In this document: piece after piece, positions 8,550 to 16,349 of the stretch
Layout: each line of letters begins with the position of its first letter
Numbering within the stretch: the stretch's first letter is position 1
Origin: an uncultured Myxococcales bacterium
Lineage (GTDB): Bacteria > Myxococcota_A > SURF-8
Reading direction: 5' to 3'
Assembly: GCA_964437525.1 (NCBI GenBank)
Contig: CAYTHG010000002.1
Coordinates: 1-46,094 of the forward strand
Length of the DNA: 46,094 nucleotides
The notes under the pieces: generated by a model
The model's input: the letters and a program-made list of their open reading frames with translations, nothing else
Told to the model about the DNA's origin: nothing
Databases searched by the model: none
Made by a program: the position numbers and the translations under genes

Positions 8550-9320
8550 TTATCTGGCGATGGCCTTGTCGCGCTCTAGATTCCAGGCCACCCAATCGTC
8601 CTTTTGTTCTTTTTCCATGACCAGGCCTTCCATGGTCATTTCGCCGTTTGAGGCTACTCTAATCTGCTGCATGGCCTTGGCCACCAGTTCTTCCCACTTC
8701 TTTTTTGTTACCTGTTGCGGACCCTTGACCTGCACACGGTTGGTTTTGGTGTCTCCTTTGCGCTGGTATTGCGGGGCGTTGCCAACAACCGCCACCGCTC
8801 CCGAGTAGACCTTGACGACCGTTGCGATATCTTTTGCCGCTCCGATCAGTCCGATTTGGAAAACTGTACCGCGCACACCTGCCACTGCGTTTCCTGTTTC
8901 GATCTTGAAGTTCTGGTCGCCGCCTACGGCCTTGGAGACGTTGGCCCAGATGCGTCCGGCTTCGAGCTTCATGTCGAAGTCACGCTCCTTTTGGACTTTA
9001 CTTTTACCGAAAATCAGGCTTTTCATTCTTATCTGCGAATCGGGAGCTACACGAATGACGCTGCCGTCCGGCAGTTTCAATTCGGCTTTGGCGCCTTTTT
9101 CGGTTTTTAAATAATGGGTCTTGCCGAGTTCTGTACCCACGGCTGCGGCTTTCCATTCGCCTTTGCGCCCGTCCTTGAAAAGCACTTTGCCTTCCATGAA
9201 AGCGATGGATGCCTTGTTGGACTCTGCGGCCCAGGCCAGAGAGAAGGTCAGAACCCCCGCCAGCGACAAGACAAGCAATAGCGCGATCATTTTATACTTT
9301 TTGACGATCATAGCTTTCAT
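8550..9320 (-). CDS. FecR-domain secreted protein
   Basis: 256-aa ORF with a signal peptide (..FSLAWA). AVAGVRGTVFQIG and the surrounding beta-rich pattern are typical of the FecR domain. An alternative start at 9311 has better spacing to AAGGAAGG. Confidence 0.75.
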   Translation of the reverse strand: MKAMIVKKYKMIALLLVLSLAGVLTFSLAWAAESNKASIAFMEGKVLFKDGRKGEWKAAAVGTELGKTHYLKTEKGAKAELKLPDGSVIRVAPDSQIRMKSLIFGKSKVQKERDFDMKLEAGRIWANVSKAVGGDQNFKIETGNAVAGVRGTVFQIGLIGAAKDIATVVKVYSGAVAVVGNAPQYQRKGDTKTNRVQVKGPQQVTKKKWEELVAKAMQQIRVASNGEMTMEGLVMEKEQKDDWVAWNLERDKAIAR

Positions 9321-9379
9321 CCTTCCTTATCCGGGACGCCTCCTGAATATTCAGAACGCTCCCGAGGGCAGGTGACTTG

Positions 9380-10564
9380 TTACTTGGAGATCTTCATCTT
9401 GATGCGGTTCTGGGTCACTTCCAGAATTTTCAAGCTGAAGTCCTTGAAATTCTTGCCGGACAGTTCCGATGCCAGATAGCTGGCCTTGCCCGAAAGGTAC
9501 ACATCGAACTGAGCCGACTCGCCGGTCATTTTGCGTTCGTTGACGCCCTTGACGCCGGAGACTTTTTCTTTCAAGGCCTGCTTGAATTTTAAAAGAGTCT
9601 GATATGAATCAAGCCCGGTCAACTCTATTGTGACTGTTCCGGCTGTGGCCGACCATTTGTCCACCAGCTTTGCAAGCATCTCTTTTGAAAGCTTTTTAGC
9701 TGCTTTGGTGAGAGCCTTGTTTCCGGCTGTGATAGCCGAGATATGGGCTTCGGCGGAATGGGTGGTGCCCGTTACCAGAACTTCGCCGTTATCGACGTTT
9801 ATCATCTTGACCGAAATATCGGCCTGTCCCGAAATCAGCTTGGAACCTTCCATGACGGGTCCGGCATTGGTGGCGATGGCCGTTCCGACCACCACGACCT
9901 GCGCGTCCGTCAAGTTTGCGATTTCGCGGGCGGCATCGTCTTTGACACCGGCGGCGGTGACTTTGTAAACGTCTTTCTGCTTGATCTTGCCCGAGAGCAC
10001 CTGCGGATCGATGATGGTGAATCCGGCTTTGCCCAACTCGTCGGTCAAGGCGTTTTCGACCTGGCTCATGGAGACGCTGGATGCGGTGTTGCCCCACCAG
10101 TAGGAGTAGCTCTGATCGCCGATGTTCTGCTCGGCTATCATCAGCATTAGGCGCGGGTACTCTTTTTGAGCCATGACCCACTGTATGGCGTCCAGGCTCT
10201 TTTTGAGCTTGGATGAAGCGACAGCAGCTTCGATCTTGACTACCATCACGTTGTCTTCGACCTTCTCGCTCAAAATCTTCCATTCTTTGACGAAGCCCTT
10301 GGACTGGGCCAGGATCTTATCTTCGACCGTGACGTAGTTCTCAACAAGCGTCGAAGACTTGACGAAGGTGCCGACGGCCTGCTCGACTGCGCGGCGCAGG
10401 GCAGTGTCTATGGCTTTTTCTTTGGCCGTGACCTGATCCTTGTTGAAGATTACGCCTTCGCCTGTGACGACGACTTTTTTGACTTCAGCATCCTGGGCGT
10501 AAGCCATAAGGGATGAAAGCACCAGCAAGGGCGCTACTATTAAAATGACAAGGGTTCTATGCAT
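9380..10564 (-). CDS. Secreted three-domain protein with FlgT-like architecture (LPP20/FlgT_N-like, CsgG/LpoB-like, small alpha/beta C-terminal domain)
   Basis: 394-aa ORF with AGGAGA RBS and signal peptide ..MAYAQD. The N-terminal domain reads VTGEGV....AKEKAIDTALRRAVEQAVGTFVKS. The middle domain reads REIANLTDAQVVVVGTAIA...ADISVKMINVDNGEVL, a pattern I recall from CsgG/LpoB-like folds. Confidence 0.6.
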   Translation of the reverse strand: MHRTLVILIVAPLLVLSSLMAYAQDAEVKKVVVTGEGVIFNKDQVTAKEKAIDTALRRAVEQAVGTFVKSSTLVENYVTVEDKILAQSKGFVKEWKILSEKVEDNVMVVKIEAAVASSKLKKSLDAIQWVMAQKEYPRLMLMIAEQNIGDQSYSYWWGNTASSVSMSQVENALTDELGKAGFTIIDPQVLSGKIKQKDVYKVTAAGVKDDAAREIANLTDAQVVVVGTAIATNAGPVMEGSKLISGQADISVKMINVDNGEVLVTGTTHSAEAHISAITAGNKALTKAAKKLSKEMLAKLVDKWSATAGTVTIELTGLDSYQTLLKFKQALKEKVSGVKGVNERKMTGESAQFDVYLSGKASYLASELSGKNFKDFSLKILEVTQNRIKMKISK

Positions 10565-10598
10565 TGTTTTTCTCCTATCGGAACCGAATGTGTCCGGG

Positions 10599-11480
10599 TT
10601 AGTCCTTGACTATGATTACCCGGCCTTCGGCCAGGATGCTTTTGTTATCTCTGATAAGCTTAGCGTCTGCATCGGAAACCACCAGATCTACGGAGTTGGG
10701 GGATTCGATGGCCTTGACGACCAGAGGTCTATCAGTGACTTTGGCGTCTTTTGTAGCAGTGGCTTCTTCTTTTGTGTAGCTGGCAATGCCATTGCCGGCG
10801 GAACTCTCGACCATGGTTACGTCATAGACGTCCTTGCCCTGCTGGTCGATGATTTTAGGAGCCAGTACGGGCACGACCTTTAAGCCTTTGGCCACAACCA
10901 CAAGACCGGTGGGTTTTGGGGTTTCGGCTTTAGCGACCGGGGCGGCGCTTTTTGCTCTGGATTCGGCGGCGGCGGTGTCGCGTTTTTCGACTTTGCCTTT
11001 TTTGCAGGGCTTTTTTTCTTTTTGGGTGACTTCGACCTTTTTCATTTCATCGCCTAAAATAGCCTTGGTCAAAACGCCGTCGATGGGAATCACCAGATCG
11101 CGCTGCACTCCGCCATCGGAATAATAGCGTGTCTCTTTGACGATGAAGCCTTTTACAATGCCTTCAACCTCGGCAGTTATCCCCGGTGTTTGCTGCATCT
11201 TATCGCCGATGCTCATGCCCGAGCGAATTTTGACGCCCTTGAGCGCTTCGAGAGCGTTTCTCAAAGCGACCAGTTCCGCGGCACGTTCAGCACCCAGACG
11301 GCCTGATGCGGCATTGGGAGCTTTGAGGTTGGGGGCGCCGTCTCCGGTGAAGACGATTTCTTTTTTAGTCCAGTTTATAGTGCTTTTACCGGATTGCTCG
11401 GTGACATCTTCCGCAAAAGCGGCCTGAGCCATCAGAAGAAAGGCAATAACCAGAATGCCAGACACAGTCTTCCTATTCAT
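10599..11480 (-). CDS. LPP20/FlgP-like secreted protein
   Basis: 293-aa ORF with GGAGGA RBS and signal peptide ..AQAAFAED. The motif FTGDGAPN....GRLGAERAAELVALRNALEALKGVKI is LPP20-like. A Lys/Ala-rich linker follows, then a C-terminal domain GLVVVAKGLKVVPVLAPKIIDQQGKDVY. Confidence 0.65.
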   Translation of the reverse strand: MNRKTVSGILVIAFLLMAQAAFAEDVTEQSGKSTINWTKKEIVFTGDGAPNLKAPNAASGRLGAERAAELVALRNALEALKGVKIRSGMSIGDKMQQTPGITAEVEGIVKGFIVKETRYYSDGGVQRDLVIPIDGVLTKAILGDEMKKVEVTQKEKKPCKKGKVEKRDTAAAESRAKSAAPVAKAETPKPTGLVVVAKGLKVVPVLAPKIIDQQGKDVYDVTMVESSAGNGIASYTKEEATATKDAKVTDRPLVVKAIESPNSVDLVVSDADAKLIRDNKSILAEGRVIIVKD

Positions 11481-11599
11481 AATCTTCCTCCATTACAAGA
11501 GTAAATGATTTAAGTTCCACTTAGCTACTCAAAAACTGCCGTACCCCTTAGCAAGATGTAGAAGGCAATATATACAAATTATCCCTGCTGTTTCATAAT

Positions 11600-11627
11600 A
11601 TCTTACACCAGCATGATGCTTAGTCAA
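11600..11627 (-). promoter_or_regulatory. Sigma70-type promoter candidate for the 11480..5336 gene string
   Basis: On the minus strand: TTGACT, 16-nt spacer, TAAGAT, about 120 nt upstream of the 10599..11480 start codon. Confidence 0.4.
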
Positions 11628-11749
11628 GTTTTGGCGCAACAAGCAATTGCTGTTCTTAGGGCAGGAAATTTGTAGAAGACGCTTTTTTTTTCAAAAATCA
11701 ACAAAAGTTCTTGACAGAAATGGGCTTTGATTATAGCTTCTCTGTCGCT

Positions 11750-12097
11750 ATGAGATTAAGTACTCACATGCGTGTTCTTTGGATATTTATTTTTACATGT
11801 TCGTTGTGCGTCCCGGCTATGGCTGAGAGTCAATTCGGGTTCAGATTGCCCGATGACGCTGCCCAGGTTGAAGGAAATCGTTTCAAGACTTCTAAATCCT
11901 GGACGGCAGTCAAGAAATTCTACAAGAAAGCCTACCAGGCCGCAGACAACGTAACGAGGTTTACAGCAGTTTCCGTTCCGGGAGTAAAGAGCATCCACTT
12001 TGTCAATCACGACCCGAACTCCAGGTGGGAAAGCGCGAATGTCAGCAGCATCAAGGGCAAGATTTTTATCTTCGTCATTGAGCGCAGAAAAGACTGA
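11750..12097 (+). CDS. Small secreted protein, function unknown
   Basis: About 115 aa from the ATG at 11750, with signal peptide MRLSTHMRVLWIFIFTCSLCVPAMAES. The start is uncertain (11711, 11720 or 11750). Confidence 0.55.
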   Translation: MRLSTHMRVLWIFIFTCSLCVPAMAESQFGFRLPDDAAQVEGNRFKTSKSWTAVKKFYKKAYQAADNVTRFTAVSVPGVKSIHFVNHDPNSRWESANVSSIKGKIFIFVIERRKD

Positions 12098-12126
12098 CGG
12101 TAACCTCTAGTCAGATAATCATGTGT

Positions 12127-12200
12127 TCGGGGATCGTCTAATGGCAGGACGACGGGTTCTGGTCCCGTTAATCGAGGTTCGAGTCCTCGTCCCCGAACCA
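12127..12200 (+). tRNA. tRNA-Gln (anticodon CTG)
   Basis: Acceptor TCGGGGA/TCCCCGA. Anticodon arm ACGGG/TTCTGGT/CCCGT. T arm GAGGTTCGAGTCCTC. 3' end A-CCA. Confidence 0.9.
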
Positions 12201-12211
12201 TTTTTTTACCT

Positions 12212-12287
12212 GGCCCTGTCGTCTAGCGGTTAGGACGCCGGCCTCTCAAGCCGGAGATCGCGGGTTCAAATCCCGCCAGGGTCGCCA
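12212..12287 (+). tRNA. tRNA-Glu (anticodon CTC)
   Basis: GGCCCTGTCGTCTAGCGGTTAGGACG. Anticodon arm CCGGC/CTCTCAA/GCCGG. T arm GCGGGTTCAAATCCCGC. 3' end CAGGGTC-G-CCA. Confidence 0.9.
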
Positions 12288-12300
12288 AAACTTTCAAGAA

Positions 12301-12329
12301 ACCGATATCTTACGATATCGGTTTTTTTT
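12301..12329 (+). terminator. Rho-independent terminator after the tRNA-Gln/tRNA-Glu pair
   Basis: ACCGATATC-ttac-GATATCGGT (perfect 9-bp stem) followed by T8. Confidence 0.8.
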
Positions 12330-12362
12330 ATGCCTGATTTATTCAGAACAATCCATCCCAAC

Positions 12363-12429
12363 GTAGGGGCGCGATTCATCGCGCCCTTCAGAAGGTAGGT
12401 CGGACTCGGATTGAGTCCGACCTACCTTC
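12363..12429. repeat. Two GTAG-headed REP-like hairpins, the second with a perfect 17-bp stem
   Basis: GTAG-GGGCGCGA-ttca-TCGCGCCC (12363..12386), then GAAGGTAGGTCGGACTC-ggatt-GAGTCCGACCTACCTTC (12391..12429). Confidence 0.9.
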
Positions 12430-12517
12430 GACCTGAATTTTTGGTAGGGGCATTTGCACGTTTTTTGTTGCCGCTAAATTTTTGGAAAGGGCGGCCACAG
12501 GGGGCCGCCCCTACGGG

Positions 12518-12780
12518 GTATTTACACGTTTTTTGTTGCCGCCGATTTTTTCAGAAGGGTTCGTTGCCAAGCTTTCAAGTGTCGCGGGTTCCCAATCGAC
12601 ACGGCATTTGCAGATTGCAATTTTTCTTGATGGTGCTTGAAATGCTTGGAGCAGGCTTTAAAGCTCTGCTCCAAGCTGAGAGCTAATGTCGGGCAAGAAA
12701 TTTGCCCGACCTACGGGAAAAGCCTGCCCTTGTCCAAAAAGCAAATCCCGCGCCAATTCCCACCCACCCGCCCGCGACGG
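12518..12780 (+). repeat. Composite ~260-bp non-coding repeat, copy 1 (copy 2 at 29845..30105), preceded by a partial tandem duplicate at 12447..12517
   Basis: It aligns base by base with copy 2 across GTATTT(A/C)ACGTTTTTTGTTGCC...GGGTTCGTTGCCAAGCTTTCAAGTGTCGCGGGTTCCCAATCGACACGGCATTTGCAGAT...TTGGAGCAGGCTT..CTGCTCCAAGCTGAGAG...GTCGGGCA.GAAATTTGCCCGACCT.C...GCCCTTGTCC.AAAAGCAAATCCCGCGCCAATTCCCACCCACCC. A REP-A unit is embedded at 12688..12714. Confidence 0.9.
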
Positions 12781-12876
12781 TTTGGCGATTGTCTTAAAAC
12801 ATTCTTGGAGTATGAAAATCATTGGGATAAGATATTGATATTGTGCGTTGTGGTATTTAACAAAAGTGACGAAAAC

Positions 12877-14844
12877 ATGTCAGTTGATTTGAGTATGTTC
12901 AGGGTGCTTTCTCGCATCGTTTCATTTTGCGTCTTTATATCCGTTTTCTGCTTGGGACTCGACCAGGCACGGGCTTATGAAGGGCTGGATATCGCCGAGG
13001 AATTGTCGCAGCCGGGGGTCAAGCTGGTGGTTGTCGAGTTTTACGCCACGTGGTGCAAGCCGTGTATGAAAGCCGTGCCTAAGTGGAAAAAGCTGCATGA
13101 TAAATACAAAGGGAAAGGGCTTCGTTTCATTGTAGTATCCGAGAACTCCGATGTCTGTTCCGCTCCGCCGGACTGGTTGCCCGATAAAACCATCTGCGAT
13201 TCCGACGGAAGCATTCTCAAGCGGATATCGAGCGCCTCCGGCATGGACAATCCATCGTTGCCGGTCTCGTTTTTGTATTCTTGGGAAGGAGCCTTGGCGA
13301 TAATGAGTCACAAGGTGAACCCCATAGACAAGGCCGTCAAAGATTATTTCGAGAATACCCATTTGAAAATGGAAGTGGGACAGATAGATGTAATAGGCGA
13401 CAAATATGCAGTCAGCGGCAACCCGGAATGGTTGCGCGGCAACATAATTTCTCAAATCAGGGAACAGTCGAAATTCGATATCGTCACCGAAGCCCATCAC
13501 AGGCCAAGGGCCAACGGCTCGGAAACCTGTTCCATGGATTTTCCCCCGAACAGTTTTTTGCGTATCGGTCTTCAAGGCGACGGCTCCAACGAGCGCATTC
13601 TGTCGCTCACGCTGGAAAAAGACCAGTGCGTACTGGCGGCTTCTCAAGCCTTGTACAAGGGAGAGGGATTCACCGAGGATAAGGATTCCATGCGCAAGGC
13701 GTCTAAAAGCGCAGTAAGGGATTTATTGCGGGCATTGGTCAAGGTAGGGCCTGCCAAGCTAAAGGGTGGCAAAAGATATATCTGGCTTTGGGAGCGTTCC
13801 AAAAGATTTGTCGTAGAATTCGCTCCTGTTCCTAAAGGCTCGGTTGTCAGTGTGGATGGAAACCTGATATGTAAAAACACGCCCTGCTCGCGTTCGCTTG
13901 AAGCCGGACTACATGAAATCTCTATCCAGGCCGCCGATTACACATCCAAGACCGAGACGGTCAATATCGGCAAAGACAGCTCTGTAAAATGGAAATTGCA
14001 GGCCAACTTCGGCCTTCTGGATCTGACCACCGACCCGTCTGGAGTGCGTATGCTCATAGACGGAAAATATGCAGGTGTAACACCACTTAGGAATGTGAAG
14101 CTGTATCCGGGCAGACACGAAATGGAAATCAGGGACAAATGCTTTTACAGCCGGAAAAGCAGCTTCGATATCAAACAGGGAATAAGGCAAAGCTTTGCCA
14201 TCGATGCCGATGCAATCCTCGGGGCAATTGATTTGGAATCCATAAACTCGCAGAGCGATTCCGTGCGGGCAAAGGCCTATATCGACGGAAAACTTTTAGG
14301 CTCGGTGCCGGGAAGTTATCCGGTCTCGGTTTGCGCTGAAAAACTTACCGTCAAAGCTGATGACTACAAAGATTACAGCCGGCGCGTATCAATTGAGGAG
14401 AAAAAGGAAACAAAGCTTGCCGTCACCCTCGAACAGCAGCCCAAAACTCCACCCGGATACAATTCTAAGCTTGATCCCAAAGCTTCTGTCGGGTCCAATG
14501 CCAAGAACGAAAGCGGCCTGGACACCAATACTAATCTTTTAATTGCCGGTGGTACGATTATGGGAGTCAGTCTGGTGTCTATACTGGCAGCCGGATTGTG
14601 CTTCAAGGAAATGACTGACATAAAGGATGGCAACCCCAATCACTCCAGATCTCAATACAATGAATATGAGAATGCTGGCATAACGCTGTTCGTAATAGGG
14701 GGTGGAAGCCTGCTGGTTTCTATGGTGCTTTTATTTTCTATTGATAAAACAAAAAAACCGAAGAAACAGTCGGCCTCTGCTTATATACCCATGATAAGCA
14801 CTGACAGCGAATCGGTAGAGGTTTCCTGGGATTGGAGTTGGTGA
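12877..14844 (+). CDS. Periplasmic thioredoxin-fold (TlpA-like, WCKPC) protein with three PEGA-like domains and a C-terminal two-helix membrane anchor
   Basis: The ATG at 12877 gives signal peptide ..FCLGLDQARA. LVVVEFYATWCKPCMKAVPKWKKL is a thioredoxin CxxC motif. Three PEGA-like units are present (VSVDGNLICKNTPC.., RMLIDGKYAGVTPL.., AYIDGKLLGSVPGS..), followed by two hydrophobic helices near the C-terminus. The region upstream of 12877 in the ORF track is repeat DNA. Confidence 0.8.
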   Translation: MSVDLSMFRVLSRIVSFCVFISVFCLGLDQARAYEGLDIAEELSQPGVKLVVVEFYATWCKPCMKAVPKWKKLHDKYKGKGLRFIVVSENSDVCSAPPDWLPDKTICDSDGSILKRISSASGMDNPSLPVSFLYSWEGALAIMSHKVNPIDKAVKDYFENTHLKMEVGQIDVIGDKYAVSGNPEWLRGNIISQIREQSKFDIVTEAHHRPRANGSETCSMDFPPNSFLRIGLQGDGSNERILSLTLEKDQCVLAASQALYKGEGFTEDKDSMRKASKSAVRDLLRALVKVGPAKLKGGKRYIWLWERSKRFVVEFAPVPKGSVVSVDGNLICKNTPCSRSLEAGLHEISIQAADYTSKTETVNIGKDSSVKWKLQANFGLLDLTTDPSGVRMLIDGKYAGVTPLRNVKLYPGRHEMEIRDKCFYSRKSSFDIKQGIRQSFAIDADAILGAIDLESINSQSDSVRAKAYIDGKLLGSVPGSYPVSVCAEKLTVKADDYKDYSRRVSIEEKKETKLAVTLEQQPKTPPGYNSKLDPKASVGSNAKNESGLDTNTNLLIAGGTIMGVSLVSILAAGLCFKEMTDIKDGNPNHSRSQYNEYENAGITLFVIGGGSLLVSMVLLFSIDKTKKPKKQSASAYIPMISTDSESVEVSWDWSW

Positions 14845-14857
14845 AGATGAAAATATT

Positions 14858-14880
14858 GTCGGACTCGGATTGAGTCCGAC
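14858..14880. repeat. REP hairpin (GGACTC subfamily) just after the stop codon
   Basis: GTCGGACTC-ggatt-GAGTCCGAC has the same core as the hairpin at 12398..12422. Confidence 0.85.
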
Positions 14881-15023
14881 CTTGCTCAGTACTAGCGGTA
14901 TCCATAGAAGATTGAAAACTGGCGGCTTTCCTGATCTTCCTGCTGCGAAATGTTCATTTTTCTTGTCTTTATCCTTTCGGGCAGGTAGCTTTTGTTAAAA
15001 GTATTTATTTATGGCGGTTTTGA

Positions 15024-15896
15024 ATGTTGAGATATCTAATAAAATCCATGCGCCCGACCCAGTGGATAAAGAACGGCATCATCTTTGCCCCGCTGGTGTT
15101 CTCGCGCAACCTGTTTGCCCCGGAGCCCTTGGGCTTGGTACTGGCTGCTTTTGCTATCTTCTGCCTCCTGTCGGGTACCGTTTACCTGATGAACGACTTG
15201 GTGGACCTGGAGCGTGACAAGGTACATCCAACCAAGAGCAAGCGCCCGCTGGCATCCGGCAAGCTCTCGCGTGGAGTGGCAACCTTTGCTTCTGTGCTGT
15301 TTTTGGCTCTGTCTTTGGGGGGAGCTTTTGCAATCGGCTGGGGATTTCTTGTGGTGGCCGGTTTGTACTTCATCATCAATCTTTTGTATTCCTCCATCCT
15401 CAAGCATGTAGTCATCATCGACGTGATGGTAATCTCCTTCGGCTTCATCCTGCGCGTTTTGGGTGGAGCGGTGGTGATAAACGTTCCTCCAACTCCCTGG
15501 CTTTTGATGTGCACCATGCTCTTGGCGCTGTTCCTCGGTTTTGCCAAACGCCGCCACGAGCTGGTACAGCTTGACGATGCCAACTCGCACCGCAAGGTGC
15601 TGATGCACTACAGCCCGTATTTTCTGGACCAGATGATAATGATCGTGACCGCCTCGACGGTCATGTCTTATGCCCTGTACACTATTTCTGCCGATACCGT
15701 CGAGCACATAGGCTCCAATCACCTGCTTTACACCATTCCCTTCGTGCTTTACGGAATCTTCCGCTATCTGTATCTGGTGCACCTCAAAGAAGGCGGCGGC
15801 AGCCCGACGCGCATCCTTCTGACCGACCGTCCGCTGGCCGTCAATATTCTGTTGTGGCTTGTAACCTGTGTTCTGATTCTCGAAGGATTGCTATGA
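15024..15896 (+). CDS. UbiA-family decaprenyl-phosphate phosphoribosyltransferase-like prenyl-phosphate 5-phosphoribosyltransferase
   Basis: 290-aa ORF with about 8-9 TM helices. The N-terminus MRPTQWIKNGIIFAPLVFS and the Asp-rich motif YLMNDLVDLERDKVHPTKSKRPLASGK match my recollection of the Rv3806c/DPPR synthase subfamily. Confidence 0.8.
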   Translation: MLRYLIKSMRPTQWIKNGIIFAPLVFSRNLFAPEPLGLVLAAFAIFCLLSGTVYLMNDLVDLERDKVHPTKSKRPLASGKLSRGVATFASVLFLALSLGGAFAIGWGFLVVAGLYFIINLLYSSILKHVVIIDVMVISFGFILRVLGGAVVINVPPTPWLLMCTMLLALFLGFAKRRHELVQLDDANSHRKVLMHYSPYFLDQMIMIVTASTVMSYALYTISADTVEHIGSNHLLYTIPFVLYGIFRYLYLVHLKEGGGSPTRILLTDRPLAVNILLWLVTCVLILEGLL

Positions 15897-16258
15897 GACC
15901 CGAATATTTTATGCTGATTTTCGCCCTGATCGCCAACGCCGTCGCCAATATCCTGCTAAAAGAAGGCATGAAGGCGCGCCAGTTGGATATCTCCAACCCT
16001 TTAGACACCTTTTTGCAGATAGCCTTGAACCCGGTCGTGATTACAGGTGTCATCTTCTTCGGCTTGAATCTTCTGGCGTATTCCTTTGTGCTGTCGAAGG
16101 TCAAGCTGTCCATCGCTTACCCGCTGATGACCTCCATCGGCTTCCTGATCGTCCTGACATACAGCTTCTTCAAACTGGGCGAAGACATCTCCGTGATGCA
16201 CTTAGGCGGCGTAGGCTGCATACTGATCGGCGTCTGGATGGTCAGCACTCAGTTGTAG
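15893..16258 (+). CDS. Small 4-TM SMR/EamA (ArnE/ArnF-like) membrane protein, translationally coupled (ATGA overlap)
   Basis: 121 aa with four hydrophobic helices and KLSIAYPLMTSIGFLIV..F.LGE.IS.....G..LI..GVW, an SMR/ArnE-like pattern. Its ATG overlaps the TGA of the upstream gene. Confidence 0.7.
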   Translation: MRPEYFMLIFALIANAVANILLKEGMKARQLDISNPLDTFLQIALNPVVITGVIFFGLNLLAYSFVLSKVKLSIAYPLMTSIGFLIVLTYSFFKLGEDISVMHLGGVGCILIGVWMVSTQL

Positions 16259-16333
16259 GCTTTTTTGTGCCTTGCTTTCAAGTCCGAAATAACAACAGGC
16301 CCAACCTCCCATCATTGCAAAACGCTTGACGCC

Positions 16334-16349
16334 GACCGACCGGTCGGTC
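16334..16349. promoter_or_regulatory. Perfect 16-bp palindrome GACCGACCGGTCGGTC, candidate TetR operator
   Basis: It lies 55 nt upstream of the TetR-family gene start. It sits between a TTGACG hexamer (16326..16331) and a possible TTGCGG-16-TAATGA promoter. Confidence 0.5.

Noticed and set aside
11631-11655. Sigma54-type promoter (TGGCGC...TTGC) between the envelope cluster and the 11750 gene
   Set aside because: The spacing between the GG and GC elements is wrong (16 nt or 10 nt instead of the canonical 12-nt register).
11711-11737. TTGACA ... TATAGC promoter for the 11750 small secreted protein
   Set aside because: The spacer is only 15 nt and the -10 element would leave essentially no 5' UTR or RBS before the preferred start. 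The evidence is too weak to annotate.
12637-12876. N-terminal extensions of track ORFs: 12637 for the TlpA/PEGA gene, 4160 for HAD, 17131 for trxB, 25863 for pdxJ, 26543 for nnr, 39866 for glyQ, 41949 for the membrane protein
   Set aside because: The extensions cross repeat DNA or the upstream gene and lack homology-like sequence. Internal starts have RBS and/or begin at the conserved N-terminus or signal peptide.
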